Below, in pieces: positions 30,001-45,000 of a stretch of DNA of 64,000 nt. The translations under genes were made by a program, and so were the position numbers. Numbering within the stretch: position 1 is the first letter of the stretch; each line of letters opens with the position of its first letter. The notes under the pieces were generated by a model, which was not told where the DNA came from, did no database searches, and saw only the letters and a program-made list of their open reading frames with translations. Source of the DNA: Eledone cirrhosa (taxonomy: Eukaryota); assembly GCA_964016885.1 (NCBI GenBank), contig OZ024757.1:7440001-7504000 (forward strand), in the 5' to 3' direction.

Positions 30001-33000
30001 TAGGACTACATTATCTAATGTACAGTATAGTGGCTATCAGATATAGTGTACCTAGGACTACATTATCTAATGTACAGTATACTGGCTATCAGACATAGTG
30101 TACCTAAGACTACATTATCTAATGTACAGTATAGTGGCTATCAGACATAGTGTATCTAGGACTACATTATCTAATGTACAGTATAGTGGCTATCAGACAT
30201 AGTGTACCTAGGACTACATTGTATAATGTACAGTATAGTGGCTATCAGACATAGTGTACCTAGGACTACATTATCTAATGTACAGTATAGTAGCTATCAG
30301 ACATAGTGTACTTAGGACTACATTATCTAATGTACAGTATAGTGTCTATCAGACATAGTGTACCTAGGACTACATTATATAATGTACAGTATAGTGGCTA
30401 TCAGACATAGTGTATCTAGGACTACATTATCTAATGTACAGTATAGTGGCTATCAGATATAGTGTACCTAGGACTACATTATCTAATGTACAGTATAGTG
30501 TCTATCAGATATAGTGTACCTAGGACTACATTATCTAATGTACAGTATAGTGGCTATCAGACAGTGTACCTAGGACTACATTATCTAATGTACAGTATAG
30601 TGGCTATCAGACATAGTGTATATAGGACTACATTATCTAATGTACAGTATAGTGGCTATAAAAACAGTGTACCTAGGACTACATTATCTAATGTACAGTA
30701 TAGTGGCTATAAAAACAGTGTACCTAGGACTACATTATCTAATGTATAGTATAGTGGTTATCAGACATAGTGTACCTAGGACTACATTATCTAATGTACA
30801 GTATAGTGGCTATCAGACATAGTGTACCTAGGACTACATTATCTAATGTACAGCATAGTGGCTATCAGACATAGTGTACCTAGGACTACATTAGCTAATG
30901 TACAGTATAGTGGCTATCTGACATAGTGTACCTAGGACTACATTATCTAATGTACAGTATAGTGACTATCAGACATAGTGTATCTAGGACTACATTATCT
31001 AATCTACAGTATAGTGGCTATCAGACATAGTGTACCTAGGACTACATTATCTAATGTACAGTATAGTGGCTATCAGACATAGTGTACCTAGGACTACATT
31101 ATCTAATGTACAGTATAGTGACTATCAGACATAGTGTATCTAAGACTACATTATCTAATGTACAGTATAGTGGCTATCAGACGTAGTGTACCTAGGACTA
31201 CGTTATCTAATCTACAGTATAGTGGCTATCAGACATAGTGTATCTAAGACTACATTATCTAATGTACAGTATAGTGGCTATCAGACATAGTGTATGTAGG
31301 ACTACATTATATAATCTACAGTATAGTGGCTATCAGACATAGTGTACCTAGGACTACATTATCTAATGTACAGTATAGTGGCTATCAGACATAGTGTACC
31401 TAGGGCTACATTATATAACGTACAGTATAGTGGCTATCAGACATAGTGTATATAGGACTACATTATCTAATGTACAGTATAGTGTCTATCAGACATAGTG
31501 TATCTAGGACTACATTATCTAATGTACAGTATAGTGGCTATCAGACATAGTGTATCTAGGACTACATTATCTAATCTACAGTATAGTGGCTATCAGACAT
31601 AGTGTACCTAGGACTACATTATCTAATGTACAGTATAGTGGCTATCAGACATAGTGTACCTAGGGCTACATTATATAACGTACAGTATAGTGGCTATCAG
31701 ACATAGTGTACCTAGGACTACATTATCTAATGTACAGTATAGTGGCTATCAGACATAGTGTATATAGGACTACATTATATAATGTACAGTATAGTGTCTG
31801 TCAGACATAGTGTACCTCGGACTACATTATCTAATGTACAGTATAGTGGCTATAAAAACAGTGTACCTAGGACTACATTATCTAATGTACAGTATAGTGG
31901 CTATAAAAACAGTGTACCTAGGACTACATTATCTAATGTACAGTCTAGTGGCTATCAGACATAGTGTACCTAGGACTACATTATCTAATGTACAGTATAG
32001 TGGCTATCAGACAGTGTACTTAGGACTACATTATTTAATGTACAGTATAGTGGCTATCAGACATAGTGTATCTAGGACTACATTATCTAATGTACAGTAT
32101 AGTGTCTATCAGACATGGTGTATCTAGGACTACATTATCTAATGTACAGTATAGTGGCTATCAGACATAGTGTACCTAGGACTACATTATCTAATGTACA
32201 GTATAGTGGCTATCAGATATAGTGTACCTAGGACTACATTATCTAATGTACAGTATACTGGCTATCAGACATAGTGTACCTAAGACTACATTATCTAATG
32301 TACAGTATAGTGGCTATCAGACATAGTGTATCTAGGACTACATTATCTAATGTACAGTATAGTGGCTATCAGACATAGTGTACCTAGGACTACATTGTAT
32401 AATGTACAGTATAGTGGCTATCAGACATAGTGTACCTAGGACTACATTATCTAATGTACAGTATAGTAGCTATCAGACATAGTGTACTTAGGACTACATT
32501 ATCTAATGTACAGTATAGTGTCTATCAGACATAGTGTACCTAGGACTACATTATATAATGTACAGTATAGTGGCTATCAGACATAGTGTATCTAGGACTA
32601 CATTATCTAATGTACAGTATAGTGGCTATCAGATATAGTGTACCTAGGACTACATTATCTAATGTACAGTATAGTGTCTATCAGATATAGTGTACCTAGG
32701 ACTACATTATCTAATGTACAGTATAGTGGCTATCAGACATAGTGTACCTAGGACTACATTATCTAATGTACAGTATAGTGGCTATCAGACATAGTGTATA
32801 TAGGACTACATTATCTAATGTACAGTATAGTGGCTATAAAAACAGTGTACCTAGGACTACATTATCTAATGTACAGTATAGTGGCTATAAAAACAGTGTA
32901 CCTAGGACTACATTATCTAATGTATAGTATAGTGGTTATCAGACATAGTGTACCTAGGACTACATTATCTAATGTACAGTATAGTGGCTATCAGACATAG

Positions 33001-36000
33001 TGTACCTAGGACTACATTATCTAATGTACAGCATAGTGGCTATCAGACATAGTGTACCTAGGACTACATTAGCTAATGTACAGTATAGTGGCTATCTGAC
33101 ATAGTGTACCTAGGACTACATTATCTAATGTACAGTATAGTGACTATCAGACATAGTGTATCTAGGACTACATTATCTAATCTACAGTATAGTGGCTATC
33201 AGACATAGTGTACCTAGGACTACATTATCTAATGTACAGTATAGTGGCTATCAGACATAGTGTACCTAGGACTACATTATCTAATGTACAGTATAGTGAC
33301 TATCAGACATAGTGTATCTAAGACTACATTATCTAATGTACAGTATAGTGGCTATCAGACGTAGTGTACCTAGGACTACGTTATCTAATCTACAGTATAG
33401 TGGCTATCAGACATAGTGTATCTAAGACTACATTATCTAATGTACAGTATAGTGGCTATCAGACATAGTGTATGTAGGACTACATTATATAATGTACAGT
33501 ATAGTGGCTATCAGACATAGTGTATCTAAGACTACATTATCTAATGTACAGTATAGTGGCTATCAGACGTAGTGTACCTAGGACTACATTATCTAATCTA
33601 CAGTATAGTGGCTATCAGACATAGTGTATCTAAGACTACATTATCTAATCTACAGTATAGTGGCTATCAGACATAGTGTATCTAGGACTACATTATATAA
33701 TGTACAGTATAGTGGCTATCAGACATAGTGTATCTAAGACTACATTATCTAATGTACAGTATAGTGGCTATCAGACATAGTGTACCTAGGACTACATTAT
33801 CTAATGTACAGTATAGTGTCTATCAGACATAGTGTACCTAGGACTACATTATCTAATGTACAGTATAGTAGCTATCAGACATAGTGTATCTAGGACTACA
33901 TTATCTAATGTACAGTATAGTGGCTATCAGACATAGTTTACCTAGGACTACATTATATAATGTACAGTATAGTGGCTATCAGACATAGTGTACCTAGGGC
34001 TACATTATATAATGTACAGTATAGTGGCTATCAGACATAGTGTACCTAGGACTACATTATCTAATGTACAGTATAGTGGCTATCAGACATAGTGTACCTA
34101 GGACTACATTATCTAATGTATAGTATAGTGGTTATCAGACATAGTGTACCTAGGACTACATTATCTAATGTACAGTATAGTGGCTATCAGACATAGTGTA
34201 TCTAGGACTACATTATCTAATGTATAGTATAGTGGCTATCAGACATAGTGTACCTAGGACTACATTATATAATGTACAGTATAGTGGCTATCAGACATAG
34301 TGTACCTAGGACTACATTATATAATGTACAGTATAGTGGCTATCAGACATAGTGTATCTAGGACTACATTATCTAATGTACAGTATAGTGGCTATCAGAC
34401 ATAGTGTACCTACGACTACATTATCTAATGTACAGTATAGTGGCTATCAGACATAGTGTACCTAGGACTACATTATCTAATGTACAGTATAATAGCTATC
34501 AGACATAGTGTACCTAGGACTGCATTATCTAATGTACAGTATAGTGGCTATCAGACATAGTGTATCTAGGACTACATTATCTAATGTACAGTATAATAGC
34601 TATCAGACATAGTGTACCTAGGACTACATTATCTAATGTACAGTATAGTGTCTATCAGACATAGTGTACCTAGGACTACATTATCTAATGTACAGTATAG
34701 TGGCTATCAGACATAGTGTATCTAGGACTACATTATCTAATGTACAGTATAATAGCTATCAGACATAGTGTACCTAGGACTACATTAACTAATGTACAGT
34801 ATAGTGGCTATCAGACATAGTGTACCTAGGACTACATTATCTAATGTACAGTATAGTAGCTATTAGACATAGTGTACCTAGGACTACATTATCTAATGTA
34901 CTGTATAGTGGCTATCAGACATGGTGGACCTAGTACTACATTATCTAATGTACAGTATAGTAGCTATCAGACATAGTGTATCTAGGACTACATTACCTAA
35001 TGTACAGTATAGTGCCTATCAGACATAGTGTACCTAGGACTACATTATCTAATGTACAGTATAGTGTCTATCGGACATAGTGTATCTAGGACTACATTAT
35101 CTAATGTACAGTATAGTGGCTATCAGACATAGTGTACCTAGGACTACATTATCTAATGTACAGTATAGTGGCTATCAGACATAGTGTATATAGGACTACA
35201 TTATCTAATGTACAGTATAGTGGCTATAAAAACAGTGTACCTAGGACTACATTATCTAATGTACAGTATAGTGGCTATAAAAACAGTGTACCTAGGACTA
35301 CATTATCTAATGTATAGTATAGTGGTTATCAGACATAGTGTACCTAGGACTACATTATCTAATGTACAGTATAGTGGCTATCAGACATAGTGTACCTAGG
35401 ACTACATTATCTAATGTACAGCATAGTGGCTATCAGACATAGTGTACCTAGGACTACATTAGCTAATGTACAGTATAGTGGCTATCTGACATAGTGTACC
35501 TAGGACTACATTATCTAATGTACAGTATAGTGACTATCAGACATAGTGTATCTAGGACTACATTATCTAATCTACAGTATAGTGGCTATCAGACATAGTG
35601 TACCTAGGACTACATTATCTAATGTACAGTATAGTGACTATCAGACATAGTGTATCTAAGACTACATTATCTAATGTACAGTATAGTGGCTATCAGACGT
35701 AGTGTACCTAGGACTACGTTATCTAATCTACAGTATAGTGGCTATCAGACATAGTGTATCTAAGACTACATTATCTAATGTACAGTATAGTGGCTATCAG
35801 ACATAGTGTATGTAGGACTACATTATATAATCTACAGTATAGTGGCTATCAGACATAGTGTACCTAGGACTACATTATCTAATGTACAGTATAGTGGCTA
35901 TCAGACATAGTGTACCTAGGGCTACATTATATAACGTACAGTATAGTGGCTATCAGACATAGTGTATATAGGACTACATTATCTAATGTACAGTATAGTG

Positions 36001-39000
36001 TCTATCAGACATAGTGTATCTAGGACTACATTATCTAATGTACAGTATAGTGGCTATCAGACATAGTGTATCTAGGACTACATTATCTAATCTACAGTAT
36101 AGTGGCTATCAGACATAGTGTACCTAGGACTACATTATCTAATGTACAGTATAGTGGCTATCAGACATAGTGTACCTAGGGCTACATTATATAACGTACA
36201 GTATAGTGGCTATCAGACATAGTGTACCTAGGACTACATTATCTAATGTACAGTATAGTGGCTATCAGACATAGTGTATATAGGACTACATTATATAATG
36301 TACAGTATAGTGTCTGTCAGACATAGTGTACCTCGGACTACATTATCTAATGTACAGTATAGTGGCTATAAAAACAGTGTACCTAGGACTACATTATCTA
36401 ATGTACAGTATAGTGGCTATAAAAACAGTGTACCTAGGACTACATTATCTAATGTACAGTCTAGTGGCTATCAGACATAGTGTACCTAGGACTACATTAT
36501 CTAATGTACAGTATAGTGGCTATCAGACAGTGTACTTAGGACTACATTATTTAATGTACAGTATAGTGGCTATCAGACATAGTGTATCTAGGACTACATT
36601 ATCTAATGTACAGTATAGTGTCTATCAGACATGGTGTATCTAGGACTACATTATCTAATGTACAGTATAGTGGCTATCAGACATAGTGTACCTAGGACTA
36701 CATTATCTAATGTACAGTATAGTGGCTATCAGATATAGTGTACCTAGGACTACATTATCTAATGTACAGTATACTGGCTATCAGACATAGTGTACCTAAG
36801 ACTACATTATCTAATGTACAGTATAGTGGCTATCAGACATAGTGTATCTAGGACTACATTATCTAATGTACAGTATAGTGGCTATCAGACATAGTGTACC
36901 TAGGACTACATTGTATAATGTACAGTATAGTGGCTATCAGACATAGTGTACCTAGGACTACATTATCTAATGTACAGTATAGTAGCTATCAGACATAGTG
37001 TACTTAGGACTACATTATCTAATGTACAGTATAGTGTCTATCAGACATAGTGTACCTAGGACTACATTATATAATGTACAGTATAGTGGCTATCAGACAT
37101 AGTGTATCTAGGACTACATTATCTAATGTACAGTATAGTGGCTATCAGATATAGTGTATCTAGGACTACATTATCTAATCTACAGTATAGTGGCTATCAG
37201 ACATAGTGTACCTAGGACTACATTATCTAATGTACAGTATAGTGGCTATCAGACATAGTGTACCTAGGGCTACATTATATAACGTACAGTATAGTGGCTA
37301 TCAGACATAGTGTACCTAGGACTACATTATCTAATGTACAGTATAGTGGCTATCAGACATAGTGTATATAGGACTACATTATATAATGTACAGTATAGTG
37401 TCTGTCAGACATAGTGTACCTCGGACTACATTATCTAATGTACAGTATAGTGGCTATAAAAACAGTGTACCTAGGACTACATTATCTAATGTACAGTATA
37501 GTGGCTATAAAAACAGTGTACCTAGGACTACATTATCTAATGTACAGTCTAGTGGCTATCAGACATAGTGTACCTAGGACTACATTATCTAATGTACAGT
37601 ATAGTGGCTATCAGACAGTGTACTTAGGACTACATTATTTAATGTACAGTATAGTGGCTATCAGACATAGTGTATCTAGGACTACATTATCTAATGTACA
37701 GTATAGTGTCTATCAGACATGGTGTATCTAGGACTACATTATCTAATGTACAGTATAGTGGCTATCAGACATAGTGTACCTAGGACTACATTATCTAATG
37801 TACAGTATAGTGGCTATCAGATATAGTGTACCTAGGACTACATTATCTAATGTACAGTATACTGGCTATCAGACATAGTGTACCTAAGACTACATTATCT
37901 AATGTACAGTATAGTGGCTATCAGACATAGTGTATCTAGGACTACATTATCTAATGTACAGTATAGTGGCTATCAGACATAGTGTACCTAGGACTACATT
38001 GTATAATGTACAGTATAGTGGCTATCAGACATAGTGTACCTAGGACTACATTATCTAATGTACAGTATAGTAGCTATCAGACATAGTGTACTTAGGACTA
38101 CATTATCTAATGTACAGTATAGTGTCTATCAGACATAGTGTACCTAGGACTACATTATATAATGTACAGTATAGTGGCTATCAGACATAGTGTATCTAGG
38201 ACTACATTATCTAATGTACAGTATAGTGGCTATCAGATATAGTGTACCTAGGACTACATTATCTAATGTACAGTATAGTGTCTATCAGATATAGTGTACC
38301 TAGGACTACATTATCTAATGTACAGTATAGTGGCTATCAGACATAGTGTACCTAGGACTACATTATCTAATGTACAGTATAGTGGCTATCAGACATAGTG
38401 TATATAGGACTACATTATCTAATGTACAGTATAGTGGCTATAAAAACAGTGTACCTAGGACTACATTATCTAATGTACAGTATAGTGGCTATAAAAACAG
38501 TGTACCTAGGACTACATTATCTAATGTATAGTATAGTGGTTATCAGACATAGTGTACCTAGGACTACATTATCTAATGTACAGTATAGTGGCTATCAGAC
38601 ATAGTGTACCTAGGACTACATTATCTAATGTACAGCATAGTGGCTATCAGACATAGTGTACCTAGGACTACATTAGCTAATGTACAGTATAGTGGCTATC
38701 TGACATAGTGTACCTAGGACTACATTATCTAATGTACAGTATAGTGACTATCAGACATAGTGTATCTAGGACTACATTATCTAATCTACAGTATAGTGGC
38801 TATCAGACATAGTGTACCTAGGACTACATTATCTAATGTACAGTATAGTGGCTATCAGACATAGTGTACCTAGGACTACATTATCTAATGTACAGTATAG
38901 TGACTATCAGACATAGTGTATCTAAGACTACATTATCTAATGTACAGTATAGTGGCTATCAGACGTAGTGTACCTAGGACTACGTTATCTAATCTACAGT

Positions 39001-42000
39001 ATAGTGGCTATCAGACATAGTGTATCTAAGACTACATTATCTAATGTACAGTATAGTGGCTATCAGACATAGTGTATGTAGGACTACATTATATAATGTA
39101 CAGTATAGTGGCTATCAGACATAGTGTATCTAAGACTACATTATCTAATGTACAGTATAGTGGCTATCAGACGTAGTGTACCTAGGACTACATTATCTAA
39201 TCTACAGTATAGTGGCTATCAGACATAGTGTATCTAAGACTACATTATCTAATCTACAGTATAGTGGCTATCAGACATAGTGTATCTAGGACTACATTAT
39301 ATAATGTACAGTATAGTGGCTATCAGACATAGTGTATCTAAGACTACATTATCTAATGTACAGTATAGTGGCTATCAGACATAGTGTACCTAGGACTACA
39401 TTATCTAATGTACAGTATAGTGTCTATCAGACATAGTGTACCTAGGACTACATTATCTAATGTACAGTATAGTAGCTATCAGACATAGTGTATCTAGGAC
39501 TACATTATCTAATGTACAGTATAGTGGCTATCAGACATAGTTTACCTAGGACTACATTATATAATGTACAGTATAGTGGCTATCAGACATAGTGTACCTA
39601 GGGCTACATTATATAATGTACAGTATAGTGGCTATCAGACATAGTGTACCTAGGACTACATTATCTAATGTACAGTATAGTGGCTATCAGACATAGTGTA
39701 CCTAGGACTACATTATCTAATGTATAGTATAGTGGTTATCAGACATAGTGTACCTAGGACTACATTATCTAATGTACAGTATAGTGGCTATCAGACATAG
39801 TGTATCTAGGACTACATTATCTAATGTATAGTATAGTGGCTATCAGACATAGTGTACCTAGGACTACATTATATAATGTACAGTATAGTGGCTATCAGAC
39901 ATAGTGTACCTAGGACTACATTATATAATGTACAGTATAGTGGCTATCAGACATAGTGTATCTAGGACTACATTATCTAATGTACAGTATAGTGGCTATC
40001 AGACATAGTGTACCTACGACTACATTATCTAATGTACAGTATAGTGGCTATCAGACATAGTGTACCTAGGACTACATTATCTAATGTACAGTATAATAGC
40101 TATCAGACATAGTGTACCTAGGACTGCATTATCTAATGTACAGTATAGTGGCTATCAGACATAGTGTATCTAGGACTACATTATCTAATGTACAGTATAA
40201 TAGCTATCAGACATAGTGTACCTAGGACTACATTATCTAATGTACAGTATAGTGTCTATCAGACATAGTGTACCTAGGACTACATTATCTAATGTACAGT
40301 ATAGTGGCTATCAGACATAGTGTATCTAGGACTACATTATCTAATGTACAGTATAATAGCTATCAGACATAGTGTACCTAGGACTACATTAACTAATGTA
40401 CAGTATAGTGGCTATCAGACATAGTGTACCTAGGACTACATTATCTAATGTACAGTATAGTAGCTATTAGACATAGTGTACCTAGGACTACATTATCTAA
40501 TGTACTGTATAGTGGCTATCAGACATGGTGGACCTAGTACTACATTATCTAATGTACAGTATAGTAGCTATCAGACATAGTGTATCTAGGACTACATTAC
40601 CTAATGTACAGTATAGTGCCTATCAGACATAGTGTACCTAGGACTACATTATCTAATGTACAGTATAGTGTCTATCGGACATAGTGTATCTAGGACTACA
40701 TTATCTAATGTACAGTATAGTGGCTATCAGACATAGTGTACCTAGGACTACATTATCTAATGTACAGTATAGTGGCTATCAGACATAGTGTATATAGGAC
40801 TACATTATCTAATGTACAGTATAGTGGCTATAAAAACAGTGTACCTAGGACTACATTATCTAATGTACAGTATAGTGGCTATAAAAACAGTGTACCTAGG
40901 ACTACATTATCTAATGTATAGTATAGTGGTTATCAGACATAGTGTACCTAGGACTACATTATCTAATGTACAGTATAGTGGCTATCAGACATAGTGTACC
41001 TAGGACTACATTATCTAATGTACAGCATAGTGGCTATCAGACATAGTGTACCTAGGACTACATTAGCTAATGTACAGTATAGTGGCTATCTGACATAGTG
41101 TACCTAGGACTACATTATCTAATGTACAGTATAGTGACTATCAGACATAGTGTATCTAGGACTACATTATCTAATCTACAGTATAGTGGCTATCAGACAT
41201 AGTGTACCTAGGACTACATTATCTAATGTACAGTATAGTGACTATCAGACATAGTGTATCTAAGACTACATTATCTAATGTACAGTATAGTGGCTATCAG
41301 ACGTAGTGTACCTAGGACTACGTTATCTAATCTACAGTATAGTGGCTATCAGACATAGTGTATCTAAGACTACATTATCTAATGTACAGTATAGTGGCTA
41401 TCAGACATAGTGTATGTAGGACTACATTATATAATCTACAGTATAGTGGCTATCAGACATAGTGTACCTAGGACTACATTATCTAATGTACAGTATAGTG
41501 GCTATCAGACATAGTGTACCTAGGGCTACATTATATAACGTACAGTATAGTGGCTATCAGACATAGTGTATATAGGACTACATTATCTAATGTACAGTAT
41601 AGTGTCTATCAGACATAGTGTATCTAAGACTACATTATCTAATGTACAGTATAGTGGCTATCAGACATAGTGTATCTAGGACTACATTATCTAATCTACA
41701 GTATAGTGGCTATCAGACATAGTGTACCTAGGACTACATTATCTAATGTACAGTATAGTGGCTATCAGACATAGTGTACCTAGGGCTACATTATATAACG
41801 TACAGTATAGTGGCTATCAGACATAGTGTACCTAGGACTACATTATCTAATGTACAGTATAGTGGCTATCAGACATAGTGTATATAGGACTACATTATAT
41901 AATGTACAGTATAGTGTCTGTCAGACATAGTGTACCTCGGACTACATTATCTAATGTACAGTATAGTGGCTATAAAAACAGTGTACCTAGGACTACATTA

Positions 42001-45000
42001 TCTAATGTACAGTATAGTGGCTATAAAAACAGTGTACCTAGGACTACATTATCTAATGTACAGTCTAGTGGCTATCAGACATAGTGTACCTAGGACTACA
42101 TTATCTAATGTACAGTATAGTGGCTATCAGACAGTGTACTTAGGACTACATTATTTAATGTACAGTATAGTGGCTATCAGACATAGTGTATCTAGGACTA
42201 CATTATCTAATGTACAGTATAGTGTCTATCAGACATGGTGTATCTAGGACTACATTATCTAATGTACAGTATAGTGGCTATCAGACATAGTGTACCTAGG
42301 ACTACATTATCTAATGTACAGTATAGTGGCTATCAGATATAGTGTACCTAGGACTACATTATCTAATGTACAGTATACTGGCTATCAGACATAGTGTACC
42401 TAAGACTACATTATCTAATGTACAGTATAGTGGCTATCAGACATAGTGTATCTAGGACTACATTATCTAATGTACAGTATAGTGGCTATCAGACATAGTG
42501 TACCTAGGACTACATTGTATAATGTACAGTATAGTGGCTATCAGACATAGTGTACCTAGGACTACATTATCTAATGTACAGTATAGTAGCTATCAGACAT
42601 AGTGTACTTAGGACTACATTATCTAATGTACAGTATAGTGTCTATCAGACATAGTGTACCTAGGACTACATTATATAATGTACAGTATAGTGGCTATCAG
42701 ACATAGTGTATCTAGGACTACATTATCTAATGTACAGTATAGTGGCTATCAGATATAGTGTACCTAGGACTACATTATCTAATGTACAGTATAGTGTCTA
42801 TCAGATATAGTGTACCTAGGACTACATTATCTAATGTACAGTATAGTGGCTATCAGACATAGTGTACCTAGGACTACATTATCTAATGTACAGTATAGTG
42901 GCTATCAGACATAGTGTATATAGGACTACATTATCTAATGTACAGTATAGTGGCTATAAAAACAGTGTACCTAGGACTACATTATCTAATGTACAGTATA
43001 GTGGCTATAAAAACAGTGTACCTAGGACTACATTATCTAATGTATAGTATAGTGGTTATCAGACATAGTGTACCTAGGACTACATTATCTAATGTACAGT
43101 ATAGTGGCTATCAGACATAGTGTACCTAGGACTACATTATCTAATGTACAGCATAGTGGCTATCAGACATAGTGTACCTAGGACTACATTAGCTAATGTA
43201 CAGTATAGTGGCTATCTGACATAGTGTACCTAGGACTACATTATCTAATGTACAGTATAGTGACTATCAGACATAGTGTATCTAGGACTACATTATCTAA
43301 TCTACAGTATAGTGGCTATCAGACATAGTGTACCTAGGACTACATTATCTAATGTACAGTATAGTGGCTATCAGACATAGTGTACCTAGGACTACATTAT
43401 CTAATGTACAGTATAGTGACTATTAGACATAGTGTATCTAAGACTACATTATCTAATGTACAGTATAGTGGCTATCAGACGTAGTGTACCTAGGACTACG
43501 TTATCTAATCTACAGTATAGTGGCTATCAGACATAGTGTATCTAAGACTACATTATCTAATGTACAGTATAGTGGCTATCAGACATAGTGTATGTAGGAC
43601 TACATTATATAATGTACAGTATAGTGGCTATCAGACATAGTGTATCTAAGACTACATTATCTAATGTACAGTATAGTGGCTATCAGACGTAGTGTACCTA
43701 GGACTACATTATCTAATCTACAGTATAGTGGCTATCAGACATAGTGTATCTAAGACTACATTATCTAATCTACAGTATAGTGGCTATCAGACATAGTGTA
43801 TCTAGGACTACATTATATAATGTACAGTATAGTGGCTATCAGACATAGTGTATCTAAGACTACATTATCTAATGTACAGTATAGTGGCTATCAGACATAG
43901 TGTACCTAGGACTACATTATCTAATGTACAGTATAGTGTCTATCAGACATAGTGTACCTAGGACTACATTATCTAATGTACAGTATAGTAGCTATCAGAC
44001 ATAGTGTATCTAGGACTACATTATCTAATGTACAGTATAGTGGCTATCAGACATAGTTTACCTAGGACTACATTATATAATGTACAGTATAGTGGCTATC
44101 AGACATAGTGTACCTAGGGCTACATTATATAATGTACAGTATAGTGGCTATCAGACATAGTGTACCTAGGACTACATTATCTAATGTACAGTATAGTGGC
44201 TATCAGACATAGTGTACCTAGGACTACATTATCTAATGTTTAGTATAGTGGTTATCAGACATAGTGTACCTAGGACTACATTATCTAATGTACAGTATAG
44301 TGGCTATCAGACATAGTGTATCTAGGACTACATTATCTAATGTATAGTATAGTGGCTATCAGACATAGTGTACCTAGGACTACATTATATAATGTACAGT
44401 ATAGTGGCTATCAGACATAGTGTACCTAGGACTACATTATATAATGTACAGTATAGTGGCTATCAGACATAGTGTATCTAGGACTACATTATCTAATGTA
44501 CAGTATAGTGGCTATCAGACATAGTGTACCTACGACTACATTATCTAATGTACAGTATAGTGGCTATCAGACATAGTGTACCTAGGACTACATTATCTAA
44601 TGTACAGTATAATAGCTATCAGACATAGTGTACCTAGGACTGCATTATCTAATGTACAGTATAGTGGCTATCAGACATAGTGTATCTAGGACTACATTAT
44701 CTAATGTACAGTATAATAGCTATCAGACATAGTGTACCTAGGACTACATTATCTAATGTACAGTATAGTGTCTATCAGACATAGTGTACCTAGGACTACA
44801 TTATCTAATGTACAGTATAGTGGCTATCAGACATAGTGTATCTAGGACTACATTATCTAATGTACAGTATAATAGCTATCAGACATAGTGTACCTAGGAC
44901 TACATTAACTAATGTACAGTATAGTGGCTATCAGACATAGTGTACCTAGGACTACATTATCTAATGTACAGTATAGTAGCTATTAGACATAGTGTACCTA

